Source: an uncultured Bacillota bacterium (GTDB lineage Bacteria; Bacillota_I; Bacilli_A; RF39; UBA660). Taken from it: a stretch of 64,000 bases of DNA. The position numbers were made by a program, and so were the translations under genes. Under the pieces are notes generated by a model that saw nothing but the letters and a program-made list of their open reading frames with translations, was not told where the DNA came from and searched no databases. This document shows, piece by piece, positions 8,275 to 17,597 of the stretch; position 1 is the stretch's first letter, and each line of letters opens with the position of its first letter. Location of the stretch: the NCBI GenBank assembly GCA_905205665.1, contig CAJLEF010000002.1, forward strand, positions 13,788 through 77,787. Direction: 5' to 3'.

Positions 8275-9453
8275 TTAATATTTTATTTCTTTTATTTTAC
8301 CATCTTTTTCGTAAAGATATGTTACTCTTGGGGATATATCATTAAATAAATGATAAGCATTTTTATGTGTTCTGCCACATAGCATTTTGATAGACATATG
8401 AGGTCCAATAATCTCAACTTCGGTATGAAGAGGTATTTTTTCTTTACTATATATCATTATCATGTCCATACAGTCAGAAACTATTTTATAAAAATTGCCT
8501 TTTATCCAAACGCTTTTAAAGGCTTTAGTCACCCCATCTGCATAGCCTATTGGTAACGTTAAAATATAGCCGTCTTCTTCTACTTTGTATGTGTTATATC
8601 CCACAACTTCACCTTTTTTAACCGGTCTTACACTCATTACTTCTGAAAATAAAGTAAAGGCTTGTTTTACCCTTAAATCATTTTCTAAAATTGTTGGACT
8701 ACAATGATTTTTCTTTTGCAAATATTTAAGTTTTAACATTCTTAATTTGCCTTTAAAACTAGTATCTTTGATTCTACTTTGATTAAAACCATAAAGAACA
8801 ATACCAAGACGAATGCCTGTTGCAAAAGAAAGTTTTTCATGTTCTACTAAAGTAAGACTTCTTCCTAAATGAACGATAGGGATTTCTTTTAAATCTATTA
8901 AACTTGTAATATTTAGGAAACTTACCACTTGTTTATCATAATAAGGGTCCGTGACTCCACTGGTTGCAAAATGCGTATAAATGCCTTCTAAGACAATATT
9001 TTCATTTTGTTTTAAAGTATCATAAGCTTCTTTTAAATTTTCTTTATTCATAAAGCCAAGACGGTGCATACCCGAATCCACTTTTAAATGGACTTTAATT
9101 TTTTTAGGAAGATTTTTTAGGGAAAGCTCTTTGGCTTCTTCTAAATTTTCCAACGTAAGAGTGACATCATAGTCTAAAATATCTTCTAAATAAGTAAGAG
9201 AAATAGGCTCTAAAGAAAGAATTGGCGTTTCTTTATCATACTTACGAACTTCTTTAGCTTCTTCTAAAGAGGAAACAGCAAAATAGTTAATACCTCCCTC
9301 TTTTAAAGATTTCACTGTATAAAATCCGTGATGATAGGCGTTATTTTTAACGACTCCAATATAATACTTATAGCCCTGGTATTTCTCTTTTATGGCTATA
9401 ACATTATCTTTTAAAATATTTTCAGCAATTTTAACATAACTTTTTCTTTGCAA
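8275..9453 (-). CDS. alr: PLP-dependent alanine-racemase-family protein
   Basis: GVVKNNAYHHG supplies the PLP lysine, and PIGYADGV is an Alr signature. TTG start with AAGGA upstream. Actual substrate specificity is unknown. Confidence 0.75.
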   Translation of the reverse strand: MQRKSYVKIAENILKDNVIAIKEKYQGYKYYIGVVKNNAYHHGFYTVKSLKEGGINYFAVSSLEEAKEVRKYDKETPILSLEPISLTYLEDILDYDVTLTLENLEEAKELSLKNLPKKIKVHLKVDSGMHRLGFMNKENLKEAYDTLKQNENIVLEGIYTHFATSGVTDPYYDKQVVSFLNITSLIDLKEIPIVHLGRSLTLVEHEKLSFATGIRLGIVLYGFNQSRIKDTSFKGKLRMLKLKYLQKKNHCSPTILENDLRVKQAFTLFSEVMSVRPVKKGEVVGYNTYKVEEDGYILTLPIGYADGVTKAFKSVWIKGNFYKIVSDCMDMIMIYSKEKIPLHTEVEIIGPHMSIKMLCGRTHKNAYHLFNDISPRVTYLYEKDGKIKEIKY

Positions 9454-9517
9454 ATGACATCATCCTTTTGCAAAATTATAACACGAAAAGAAAGACAATA
9501 TGAAAAAAATGACCTTT

Positions 9518-10744
9518 CTAGTCATTTTTATGCAAAACTAAATAATATTTTTTCTTACCACGACGAATGATATTGTATTTACGCTTTTCATCTAATAAGT
9601 AATTTTCATCGTTTACAAGTGTACCATTAACACTTATGGCATTACCGCTTAAAAATTCTCTAGCTTCTCTTTTAGATGTGGCCACTTTTTCTTGAACTAA
9701 AAATTCAATAAGGGGTAACTTTTCATAATTTAAAACAGGAACTCCTTTAAAAACCATTTCAATTTCTTTATCTGTAAGATCACTTACCTTACCTGTGAAA
9801 AGACATTCCGATACTTCTTTGGCATGGAGGTATTCTTCTTCACCATGTAAATCCGTAATGATTTCTTTAGCTAATGTTTTTTGGGCTAAACGAAGTTCAG
9901 GACGGGCTAAATGTTCTTTTTCTATTTCTAAGATTTCTTCCTTACTTAAGAAAGTAAAGACTTTTAAATAACTTATAACCATTTCATCATCGGTATTGAC
10001 AAGGTATTGATATAGTTCATAGCTACTTGTTTTGTCTTTATTAAGCCATAAAGCATTGCCTTCACTTTTGCCAAATTTTTTACCCATTTTATCAACGATT
10101 AAAGGCATTGTAAAGCCATAAGCTTCTTTACCTGTTTTCTTTTTAATAAGTTCAATACCAGTGGTAATATTTCCCCATTGATCAGACCCAGCGGCTTGTA
10201 AAACACAGTTTTCATGTTCAAATAAATGAAGGAAATCATAACCTTGTAATAAGGTATAAGAAAATTCAGCATAAGTGATACCTGTTTCTAAACGTCTGGC
10301 GATAATATCTTTATTTAACATATAGTGAACATTAATATACTTACCAATATCTCTTAAAAAGCCAAGGAAGGTTACATCTTTTGTCCAATCATAATTATTA
10401 ACGATTTGGACATTACCTTTAAAGATTTCATTTACTTGTTTTTGAATGCCTTTCGTATTTTCTAAAACTTTTTCATAAGAGATGATTTCTCTTTCAGCTG
10501 TTGGTCTAGGGTCTCCAATAAGGCCAGTAGAACCACCCATTAATAAAATAGGATGATGACCATATAAAGCAAGTCTTTTGGCTGTTACTAAAGAACTATA
10601 ATGCCCTAGATGTAGGCTATCTGCAGAAGGGTCTGTTCCCCAGTAAAAAGTGATTTTTTCATTATCGAGTAAATTTTTTAAATCAGGTGTCGAAGTATCT
10701 TTAATTAAACCACGCCACATTAAATCTTCATATAAACTTTGCAT
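9518..10744 (-). CDS. tyrS: tyrosyl-tRNA synthetase
   Basis: HLGHY (HIGH) and KFGKS (KMSKS) motifs, a C-terminal S4-like domain, and a T-box upstream. Confidence 0.95.
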   Translation of the reverse strand: MQSLYEDLMWRGLIKDTSTPDLKNLLDNEKITFYWGTDPSADSLHLGHYSSLVTAKRLALYGHHPILLMGGSTGLIGDPRPTAEREIISYEKVLENTKGIQKQVNEIFKGNVQIVNNYDWTKDVTFLGFLRDIGKYINVHYMLNKDIIARRLETGITYAEFSYTLLQGYDFLHLFEHENCVLQAAGSDQWGNITTGIELIKKKTGKEAYGFTMPLIVDKMGKKFGKSEGNALWLNKDKTSSYELYQYLVNTDDEMVISYLKVFTFLSKEEILEIEKEHLARPELRLAQKTLAKEIITDLHGEEEYLHAKEVSECLFTGKVSDLTDKEIEMVFKGVPVLNYEKLPLIEFLVQEKVATSKREAREFLSGNAISVNGTLVNDENYLLDEKRKYNIIRRGKKKYYLVLHKND

Positions 10745-10764
10745 ATTTTTTTTCCTCTTTCTAA

Positions 10765-10900
10765 AATTAAAAAAATTCTACGACTAAAGGACGAGTTTAC
10801 CCCGCGGTACCACCTTTATTCATAGAATAATCTATCTTTCTTTAATTAACGCTTAATAACGATTTGACTCCACTGGTTGTAAGTCAGTATCTTCATCAAC
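10765..10900 (-). promoter_or_regulatory. T-box leader (Tyr) controlling tyrS
   Basis: The minus strand contains the conserved T-box sequence AAAGGTGGTACCGCGGGG, followed by a terminator with a T-run. A candidate specifier UAC sits in GACUUACAACC. Confidence 0.8.
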
Positions 10901-10906
10901 AAGGTT

Positions 10907-10935
10907 ATTTTAACAAATATTTTAAGGGGTTTCAA
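10907..10935 (-). promoter_or_regulatory. sigma-A type promoter of the tyrS T-box leader
   Basis: On the minus strand: TTGAAA, a 17-nt spacer, then TAAAAT. The -35 element overlaps the 3' end of mutM. Confidence 0.55.
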
Positions 10936-11755
10936 CTACTTTTTGACACGTTTCACAGTAATAAGTACTTCTGCCCCCGATAAAAGAAACTTTAATCGGT
11001 GTTCCACAGATTTTACAAGGCTGTTTAGCCATTTTATGAACCATTAAGCATTGTTGGAAACGACCAGTGACACCTAAAGAACTTGTATAACTTCGAATGG
11101 TTGTTCCACCCATTTCAATGGCTGCTTTAATAATATAATTTGCTTTATTTTTTATTTCTTCACATTCTTCTAAAGTGATTTCACTTCCTTTTTTAAAAGG
11201 TGAAATACGGGCGGCAAACAAAACTTCATTGGCATAAATATTACCAAGACCACTAATGATAGTTTGGTCAAGTAAAAGAGTTTTGATAGGCAAATTATGT
11301 TTATGAAACTTTTCATATAAATATTCTTTGGTTAAAGCTTCATCCATAGGTTCAATACCTTGTTTTTTAATTCCTTCAAATTCATTTACTTTGTCTTTTA
11401 AAACTAGTTTCATACGACCAAATTTACGCGTGTCGTGATAACGAAGAGTCGTATTATCTTCGAATGTAATCATGACATGTTCATGTTTTTCTATAGGTTC
11501 CATACTATTTTTAAGGAAATATTTTCCTTCCATTCTTAAGTGACTTAATAGAAAATATTTTTCTGTTTCAAATAGTAACCACTTACCTCTTCTTTTAATA
11601 TCTATAAAACTTTGATTTATTAAAGAAGAGCAAAAATAATCTTTATCATCTAAAAGCATTGGTTCATAGTAAACATCTACTTTTTTAATTTTTTTACCTA
11701 AAATACGTTTCTTTAAAGTATTACGAACGGTTTCTACTTCCGCAATTTCTGGCAT
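10922..11755 (-). CDS. mutM: formamidopyrimidine-DNA glycosylase
   Basis: MPEIAEVETV N terminus (catalytic Pro2) and a C-terminal CxxC...CxxC zinc finger. Confidence 0.9.
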   Translation of the reverse strand: MPEIAEVETVRNTLKKRILGKKIKKVDVYYEPMLLDDKDYFCSSLINQSFIDIKRRGKWLLFETEKYFLLSHLRMEGKYFLKNSMEPIEKHEHVMITFEDNTTLRYHDTRKFGRMKLVLKDKVNEFEGIKKQGIEPMDEALTKEYLYEKFHKHNLPIKTLLLDQTIISGLGNIYANEVLFAARISPFKKGSEITLEECEEIKNKANYIIKAAIEMGGTTIRSYTSSLGVTGRFQQCLMVHKMAKQPCKICGTPIKVSFIGGRSTYYCETCQKVVETP

Positions 11756-11757
11756 AA

Positions 11758-12510
11758 CTACATTCCTTTCATTTTAATATCTTTTTTGTTTTCTAAAGCC
11801 TTATCTACTAGCCATTTAAATATTGTCGCATCTTTTTCAATTTCCGGATGAAACTGCACCCCTAAAATAAAGTCTTTATATTCTACTGCCTCCACCACAT
11901 TATCTTCTGTTTTGGCTGTTACTTGTAAAATTTTAGGTGTTCTTTTAACGATATAACCGTGAAGACTTACGACTTCTTTTGTATCTACTTCATAAATACT
12001 TTTCAAAGTACTTCCGTCTTTTATCTTTATTTCATGACGGGCCTTGTTAATCGTTTCTTCTTCCTTAGTAACATAATGAGAATGAAAAGACACATTATCC
12101 GCAAGTCCTAAATAAGGATTTTCTTCTTTTCCTTTATCATAAACTTCTTTAAAACTTAGTTCTGGAAATTTCTCCTTATCTTCTAAAACATTAAAGAATG
12201 TTGTAATAGCTTGCATGCCTAAGCACACACCCAGTAAAGGTTTATGGTTTTTCATCGCATCTTCAATAATAGGATAAAATTCTTTTAAAATTTTATTTCC
12301 CCCTGGCCAAATATAGGCGTCACAGATTGGTAAATAATCCCAAACATTTTTATCTAAAAGGCCAATAGCTACTCCGCCACACCCAGTGATTTTAGAAACA
12401 TACATGGATACAAAAGAGGCTCTATCTTGATAAGGATCATTTTCCTCATTTGTTAAATTATAAGTTGGAACAATACCAACAACGGGTTTATTTAAAATCA
12501 TTTTTAACAC
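11758..12510 (-). CDS. class I glutamine amidotransferase-like / peptidase C26 (gamma-glutamyl hydrolase family)
   Basis: GVCLGMQ nucleophile elbow and a GVQFHPE His-Glu motif. Confidence 0.7.
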   Translation of the reverse strand: MLKMILNKPVVGIVPTYNLTNEENDPYQDRASFVSMYVSKITGCGGVAIGLLDKNVWDYLPICDAYIWPGGNKILKEFYPIIEDAMKNHKPLLGVCLGMQAITTFFNVLEDKEKFPELSFKEVYDKGKEENPYLGLADNVSFHSHYVTKEEETINKARHEIKIKDGSTLKSIYEVDTKEVVSLHGYIVKRTPKILQVTAKTEDNVVEAVEYKDFILGVQFHPEIEKDATIFKWLVDKALENKKDIKMKGM

Positions 12511-12522
12511 TTCTTTTCTATA

Positions 12523-15099
12523 TTACTTAGTATCGTACCAATTTACCCCATAATCGGCACTTACTTTTAAAGGAACATCTAAAGAAATAGTATGTGTCAT
12601 CTTATCTTTAACAATTTTTTCTACTCGTTCTTTTTCCTCTTCAACAAGATCAAAAATAAGTTCATCGTGGACTTGTAAAATCATTTTACTTTTCAAATTT
12701 TGTTTCTTTAATTCATCATAAATTTCCACCATAGCTTTTTTGATAATATCTGCACTTGTTCCTTGAATAGGTGTATTAAGAGCTATTCTTTCCCCCATTT
12801 GCCTTACCATATACTGTGGACTATTAAGTTCTGGAATAATTCTTCTCCGTTTTAAAAGCGTTCTTACTGAACCATTTAAAACGGCTTCTTTGACAATTTC
12901 ATCCATGTATTTTTTTACACCTGGATAAAGTTCATAGTATTTTTCTATGAATTCTTTTGCTTCTTTAGAACTAATTTCTAAGTTTTCACCAAGACCATAG
13001 CCACTGATACCATAGACAATTCCAAAAATAACTGCTTTAGCCGTACTACGCATTTTTTTAGAAACTTCTTTTTCAGGAATACCATAAATATCACTAGCCA
13101 CTTTGGTATGAATATCTTGGTCATTAATAAATGCTTCTTGTAATTCTTTAGAACCAGAAATATGGGCTAAAATACGGAGTTCAATTTGGCTATAATCGGC
13201 ACTTAAAAATAAGTCATTGACAGGTAAGAAAGCCCTTCTGATTTTTTTTCCTTCTTCATCACGAACAGGTATATTTTGTAAGTTTGGTTCCGTTGAAGAA
13301 AGACGTCCTGTTCTAGCAAAATTTTGTTTAAAAATAGTATGTATTTTACCATCTTCCATTATATAATTTTGCATACCTTCTAAATAAGTATCATAAAGTT
13401 TTCGCACATTTCTATATTCTAAAACCTTAGCAATAATAGGATGAACACCTAAAAGTTTATGAAGAACTTTTACATCTGTTTTATAACCTTTTTCTGTTTT
13501 TTTACCGCCTGGCAAACCAAGTTTAATAAAAAGAATCTCTCCTAATTGTTTAGGACTAGCAATATTAAATTCTTCGCCGGCTAGTTCATGTATTTCTTTA
13601 GTCAAAATGTTAATTTTCTCTTTGGCTTCTTTTTTCATTTCCTCTAAAACAGACTTATCTACCTTAACACCTGTGATTTCCATATCAGCTAAAACAGGCG
13701 CTAAAGGCATTTCAATGTTTTTAAAAAGTTCATACATGTCATCTCTTTTAATATCTAAAATAGCTCGGTCTCGTGTATCATAAATGAAACGGGCTTTTAA
13801 AACAATTTCTTTTTCTAAAGTTTCATCTAAAATAATATCTTTTTTCCATAAATTTTCTAAGAAATTTACATTATAACCATTTGGCACCATGTAAAAAGCA
13901 ATATCATCTTTACTGCTATCATCTAAAAGAGCTTTTAAAATCATTAAATCAGTATTACAAGAAGGCATTTTTATATTTAATCGATTCAAGGCCACGATGT
14001 TTTTCTTTAAATCATAAGTATATAAAACTTTGTCAGTTATTTTGGTAAGAACCGAAGAAATTTGTTCTTTAGAAACAAAATAATTTTTTTCTTTAGAAGA
14101 TAAACCCATACCAATAATGTTTGCTTGATGATAATTATTTCCATCAAGTTCTAAATAAAGAGCGTATTCTTTTTCATCTAAAAGAGTTTTATCTGTCACT
14201 TTTTCAAAAGCAAATTCTTTGGCGGCCACTTCCCCTTGGCGAAGAGTTTTCAAAAAAGAATAAAATTCTAACTCTTCATATAAACCTTCTAATTCTTTTC
14301 CATCTAAAGGAGTATAACGAATATTTTCTAAATCTTTAATATCTAAAGGAACTTCTCTATAAATGGTGGCGATTTCTTTACTCATGAAAGCCTTATCTTT
14401 ATCATTTTCTAGCTTTTCCTTTGTTTTTCCCTTAATTTTATCAATATTTTCATAAATGCCTTCTAAAGTACCATATTCATGGAGTAAATTTAATGCTGTT
14501 TTTTCGCCGATTCCTGATACTCCCGGAATGTTGTCACTCGCATCACCTGCTAAAGCTTTTAAATCAATGATATGAATAGGATCCATACCATAATCTTTTT
14601 GGAATGTTTCCATATTATAACGAATATAGTCTTTTTGTTTTAAAAGTTTCATCTCTAATTGAGGGCTTACAAGTTGCAATAAATCACGGTCAGAGCTTAT
14701 AATACATCCCTCAAAATCATCATTCTCTAAAACCATCTGGGCAAATGTGCCAATAATATCATCAGCCTCATAAGGAGCCAGTTCAAAATAAGGAACACCC
14801 ATAGCCTTTAATATTTTTCGGGCATAAGGTTCTTGCATGTGCAACTCTTCTGGGGTTTTCTTTCTTCCTTCTTTATAAAATGGATACTTTTCTTTACGAA
14901 AGTTTTTTCCTATATCAAAAGCAACTGCGATATATTCTGGCTTTTCTTCATGAATGATTTTATTCATCATTCCTATAAAACCATATAAAGCGTTTGTTGG
15001 AAATCCTTTTGAATTTCTTAGCAAAGAGCCTGAGTAGGCAGTTGCGTAATAACTACGATAAAGCAAATTGTTACCATCTACAAGAATTATTTTTTTCAT
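12523..15099 (-). CDS. polA: DNA polymerase I
   Basis: 5'-3' exonuclease N terminus (MKKIILVDGNNLLYRSYYA) and polymerase motifs DYSQIELR and QVHDEL. The start at 15099 is preferred over 15126 from homologue N termini. Confidence 0.95.
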   Translation of the reverse strand: MKKIILVDGNNLLYRSYYATAYSGSLLRNSKGFPTNALYGFIGMMNKIIHEEKPEYIAVAFDIGKNFRKEKYPFYKEGRKKTPEELHMQEPYARKILKAMGVPYFELAPYEADDIIGTFAQMVLENDDFEGCIISSDRDLLQLVSPQLEMKLLKQKDYIRYNMETFQKDYGMDPIHIIDLKALAGDASDNIPGVSGIGEKTALNLLHEYGTLEGIYENIDKIKGKTKEKLENDKDKAFMSKEIATIYREVPLDIKDLENIRYTPLDGKELEGLYEELEFYSFLKTLRQGEVAAKEFAFEKVTDKTLLDEKEYALYLELDGNNYHQANIIGMGLSSKEKNYFVSKEQISSVLTKITDKVLYTYDLKKNIVALNRLNIKMPSCNTDLMILKALLDDSSKDDIAFYMVPNGYNVNFLENLWKKDIILDETLEKEIVLKARFIYDTRDRAILDIKRDDMYELFKNIEMPLAPVLADMEITGVKVDKSVLEEMKKEAKEKINILTKEIHELAGEEFNIASPKQLGEILFIKLGLPGGKKTEKGYKTDVKVLHKLLGVHPIIAKVLEYRNVRKLYDTYLEGMQNYIMEDGKIHTIFKQNFARTGRLSSTEPNLQNIPVRDEEGKKIRRAFLPVNDLFLSADYSQIELRILAHISGSKELQEAFINDQDIHTKVASDIYGIPEKEVSKKMRSTAKAVIFGIVYGISGYGLGENLEISSKEAKEFIEKYYELYPGVKKYMDEIVKEAVLNGSVRTLLKRRRIIPELNSPQYMVRQMGERIALNTPIQGTSADIIKKAMVEIYDELKKQNLKSKMILQVHDELIFDLVEEEKERVEKIVKDKMTHTISLDVPLKVSADYGVNWYDTK

Positions 15100-15167
15100 T
15101 TCTTCACCAATACTTTCTCTGTTCATTATACCATATAAAAAGAAGAATTTATGTATTCTTCCCTCTT

Positions 15168-15881
15168 TTAAGCATTAATTTTTTTAATTTCTTTAAAAAC
15201 AAATGATTCGCCGTCAAACTCAAATTTATATTCGTAAGTCTCAGCTTCTTCTAAATAATCATCCATTTTAATATCTTTTTCTTCTACAGTAGTTATCTTA
15301 TCATTTTTATTAATATCTTTATATACATTTATTAAATTTATCGTTTCATCATCTGATTTAACTTTTTCTGTCACAATAATTTTTTCTTGAACGTACAAGA
15401 CAGTCGCAGTTTTATAGGCTTTGGTTCTCTTTTTTAAAATGTTAGTCGAGTCGTTATGATTGCATTCTGTATTTATCTTGTAGGAATGCATTCCTTTGTC
15501 ATAAGTAAATTTACATAAACTTGAAGTTAGAAAATAACCAGATTCATGAGCGTAAGTAATCTTGCCAAATATCTTTTTTACATAAGCGTCAATGATTGAT
15601 TCATTTACATCTTTAGTAGTTGGATTATCTAAATAATAACGGGAGATAGCAAGTCCTAAAATATATTGATTTGAGAAAGTACCTTTTTTATAAGTTTCAT
15701 TTTGAAAATCATAATTACTACCTGCATCAACACTTTTAAAAACCTCATCAACAAGAACATCATTAACAGAAATTTCTTCAAAAGATTCTTTTTTTTCTTC
15801 AGGTTTATTAAATACTAAATAAGCAATAAAACTTACTATAATAAGAACCATAATACCTATAAAGGCGATTGTTTTTTTCAT
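15168..15881 (-). CDS. hypothetical membrane-anchored protein
   Basis: A single N-terminal TM helix (IAFIGIMVLIIVSFIAYLVF). The rest has no recognised family. Confidence 0.5.
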   Translation of the reverse strand: MKKTIAFIGIMVLIIVSFIAYLVFNKPEEKKESFEEISVNDVLVDEVFKSVDAGSNYDFQNETYKKGTFSNQYILGLAISRYYLDNPTTKDVNESIIDAYVKKIFGKITYAHESGYFLTSSLCKFTYDKGMHSYKINTECNHNDSTNILKKRTKAYKTATVLYVQEKIIVTEKVKSDDETINLINVYKDINKNDKITTVEEKDIKMDDYLEEAETYEYKFEFDGESFVFKEIKKINA

Positions 15882-15952
15882 AATTTACTACCTTCTTCAA
15901 TTAATATTTTATCATATTTTTATTTTAAAAAAAGTGCCTTTTATAAGACACT

Positions 15953-16198
15953 TTAGAAAGATTCGACATTTACTTCAACTTTAGGAAGATTTTCTTTATA
16001 AGCATATAAAGAAATAAGTGTTCTAATGGCATGAATAGTTCGGCCATTTTTACCAATAACACTGCCCATGACATCTTGAGGCACTAAAATATCTAATTTG
16101 ATAGTTCCATCGATATCATGTGTCGAAACTTTTAATAAGTCAGGTTTCTTAATAATACTTTTAACAAGTATTTCAGTATACTCTTCTAATGATTTCAT
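15953..16198 (-). CDS. KH-domain RNA-binding protein (YlqC-like)
   Basis: VIGKNGRTIHAIRTL is a GXXG KH motif. It sits in the conserved position directly after rpsP, with a 1-nt overlap. Confidence 0.85.
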   Translation of the reverse strand: MKSLEEYTEILVKSIIKKPDLLKVSTHDIDGTIKLDILVPQDVMGSVIGKNGRTIHAIRTLISLYAYKENLPKVEVNVESF

Positions 16199-16473
16199 TA
16201 TTTACCTGCTTTTTTAGATTCAGCAAATTTCTTCATAATTCCTTGTTTGCTTAAAATACTACGAACAGTATCAGTAGGAATAGCTCCATTAGAAAGCCAA
16301 TACATTGCTTTTTCTTCGTTAACAGTAACAACTTCTTGTCCTTTAACAGGATTGTATGTTCCAACAACTTCTAGAAATCTACCATCTCTTGGGCTTCTTG
16401 AATCAGCCGCAACGATACGATAGAAAGGTTTAGCTTTAGAACCCATTCTTTTAAGTCTTAATTTAACAGCCAT
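16198..16473 (-). CDS. rpsP: 30S ribosomal protein S16
   Basis: [33 protein letters not shown] is canonical S16. Confidence 0.95.
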   Translation of the reverse strand: MAVKLRLKRMGSKAKPFYRIVAADSRSPRDGRFLEVVGTYNPVKGQEVVTVNEEKAMYWLSNGAIPTDTVRSILSKQGIMKKFAESKKAGK

Positions 16474-16497
16474 GATAATACCTCCTTTGATATAAGT

Positions 16498-16526
16498 ATT
16501 TTAGCAAAGAAAAAAAAAGCTGTCAA
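16498..16526 (-). promoter_or_regulatory. sigma-A promoter of rpsP, with its -35 embedded in the upstream terminator stem
   Basis: On the minus strand: TTGACA, a 17-nt spacer, then TAAAAT. The TTGACA is the 3' arm of the hairpin at 16519-16544. Confidence 0.6.
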
Positions 16527-16544
16527 CATAAATTTATTGACAGC
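16510..16544 (-). terminator. intrinsic terminator after the Mrr-like gene
   Basis: 8-bp stem GCTGTCAA/TTGACAGC with a 10-nt loop, followed on the minus strand by T9. Confidence 0.7.
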
Positions 16545-16655
16545 GTGGTATTTTGTCTTCATAAATTATTAAGCTTTTTTAACACTTTCTCTTTATGTTT
16601 ATTAATACTTGTTTAAAAAAAGTCACGGATTATAAAGACATCGTGCTGTTGATTA

Positions 16656-17474
16656 TCAAACCACATCTATATATATTATATTACCATCGTAATTCCACAC
16701 AGATTTCCTAGGACAAAAATCACCATTCTCTTTTAATAAAGAATATTTTCTATACATTTCACTAATGCCTCGGGAAAAATATCTTCTATCTGTACTAATT
16801 TTCACCTCACCTAATTTATTACCATTAAATACTATATTAAATTTTTCTTTATCTTTGGGTAACTTTTCTAATATCATTCTAGGAATACTAATTATTCGTG
16901 CTCTTATATCATTAGCAGTAATATTTTTTTCAATATTACTAACTAACATATTAGGTCTTTCACTTAATGTTAGAGATTCTGCGTGATAAAACTTTTGAAG
17001 TTCGTTTCTAGAAAATATAGGATCATATACAAAACCTATATTTTTTTCAATGCAAATATTAATCAAAGAATTACCATCAATTAATAAAATAGGGCGTTCT
17101 GTTTCAGAAGTAGCCGATCTTATAGCCGGCTCGCTAAACTTGGCAGTCGTAATAATAATTCCTCTCTCGCCATTTTTCATTATGCCACGATGCCTATCTA
17201 TAACATCAACACTGATAGAAGAATTAGGCTTGTATCTTTTAGCTTGAACTTTATATTTTACAGAATCACCATTCGTATCAATAATACCGTATCTTACACA
17301 TTCTAAATCTATTCCGCCATCATTTGTCCTTTTAGTAACTTTTACCTCATCTAAACCTAATTTTTCTAAAAAAGGTTTTAAAAATTCTTCAAATTCATAG
17401 CCCGTATTAAAACTTTCATAAAATTTTTTTAATATATTTTTTCTCTTTTCATTATTTAGTTCACTTATAATCAT
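16656..17474 (-). CDS. Mrr-type restriction endonuclease domain protein with an uncharacterised C-terminal domain
   Basis: YEFEEFLKPFLEKLGLDEV...NDGGIDLECV...KVQAKRY...GIIITTAKFS matches the Mrr_cat (PD-(D/E)XK) pattern. No methyltransferase gene is adjacent. Confidence 0.7.
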   Translation of the reverse strand: MIISELNNEKRKNILKKFYESFNTGYEFEEFLKPFLEKLGLDEVKVTKRTNDGGIDLECVRYGIIDTNGDSVKYKVQAKRYKPNSSISVDVIDRHRGIMKNGERGIIITTAKFSEPAIRSATSETERPILLIDGNSLINICIEKNIGFVYDPIFSRNELQKFYHAESLTLSERPNMLVSNIEKNITANDIRARIISIPRMILEKLPKDKEKFNIVFNGNKLGEVKISTDRRYFSRGISEMYRKYSLLKENGDFCPRKSVWNYDGNIIYIDVV

Positions 17475-17573
17475 TTTAGAAATCCTTCCATACTATTACT
17501 TTTGTTCAAAACCTTTAGATGTATATAATGCGTTTATTCTAACATATTATTTACATAATTTATAGACTTATAT

Positions 17574-17597
17574 AAAAAAGAACACTTTTAAGTGCTC
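17574..17597 (-). terminator. intrinsic terminator after cotE
   Basis: On the minus strand: GAGCACTT-AA-AAGTGTTC hairpin (one G-U pair), then T6. Confidence 0.6.
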
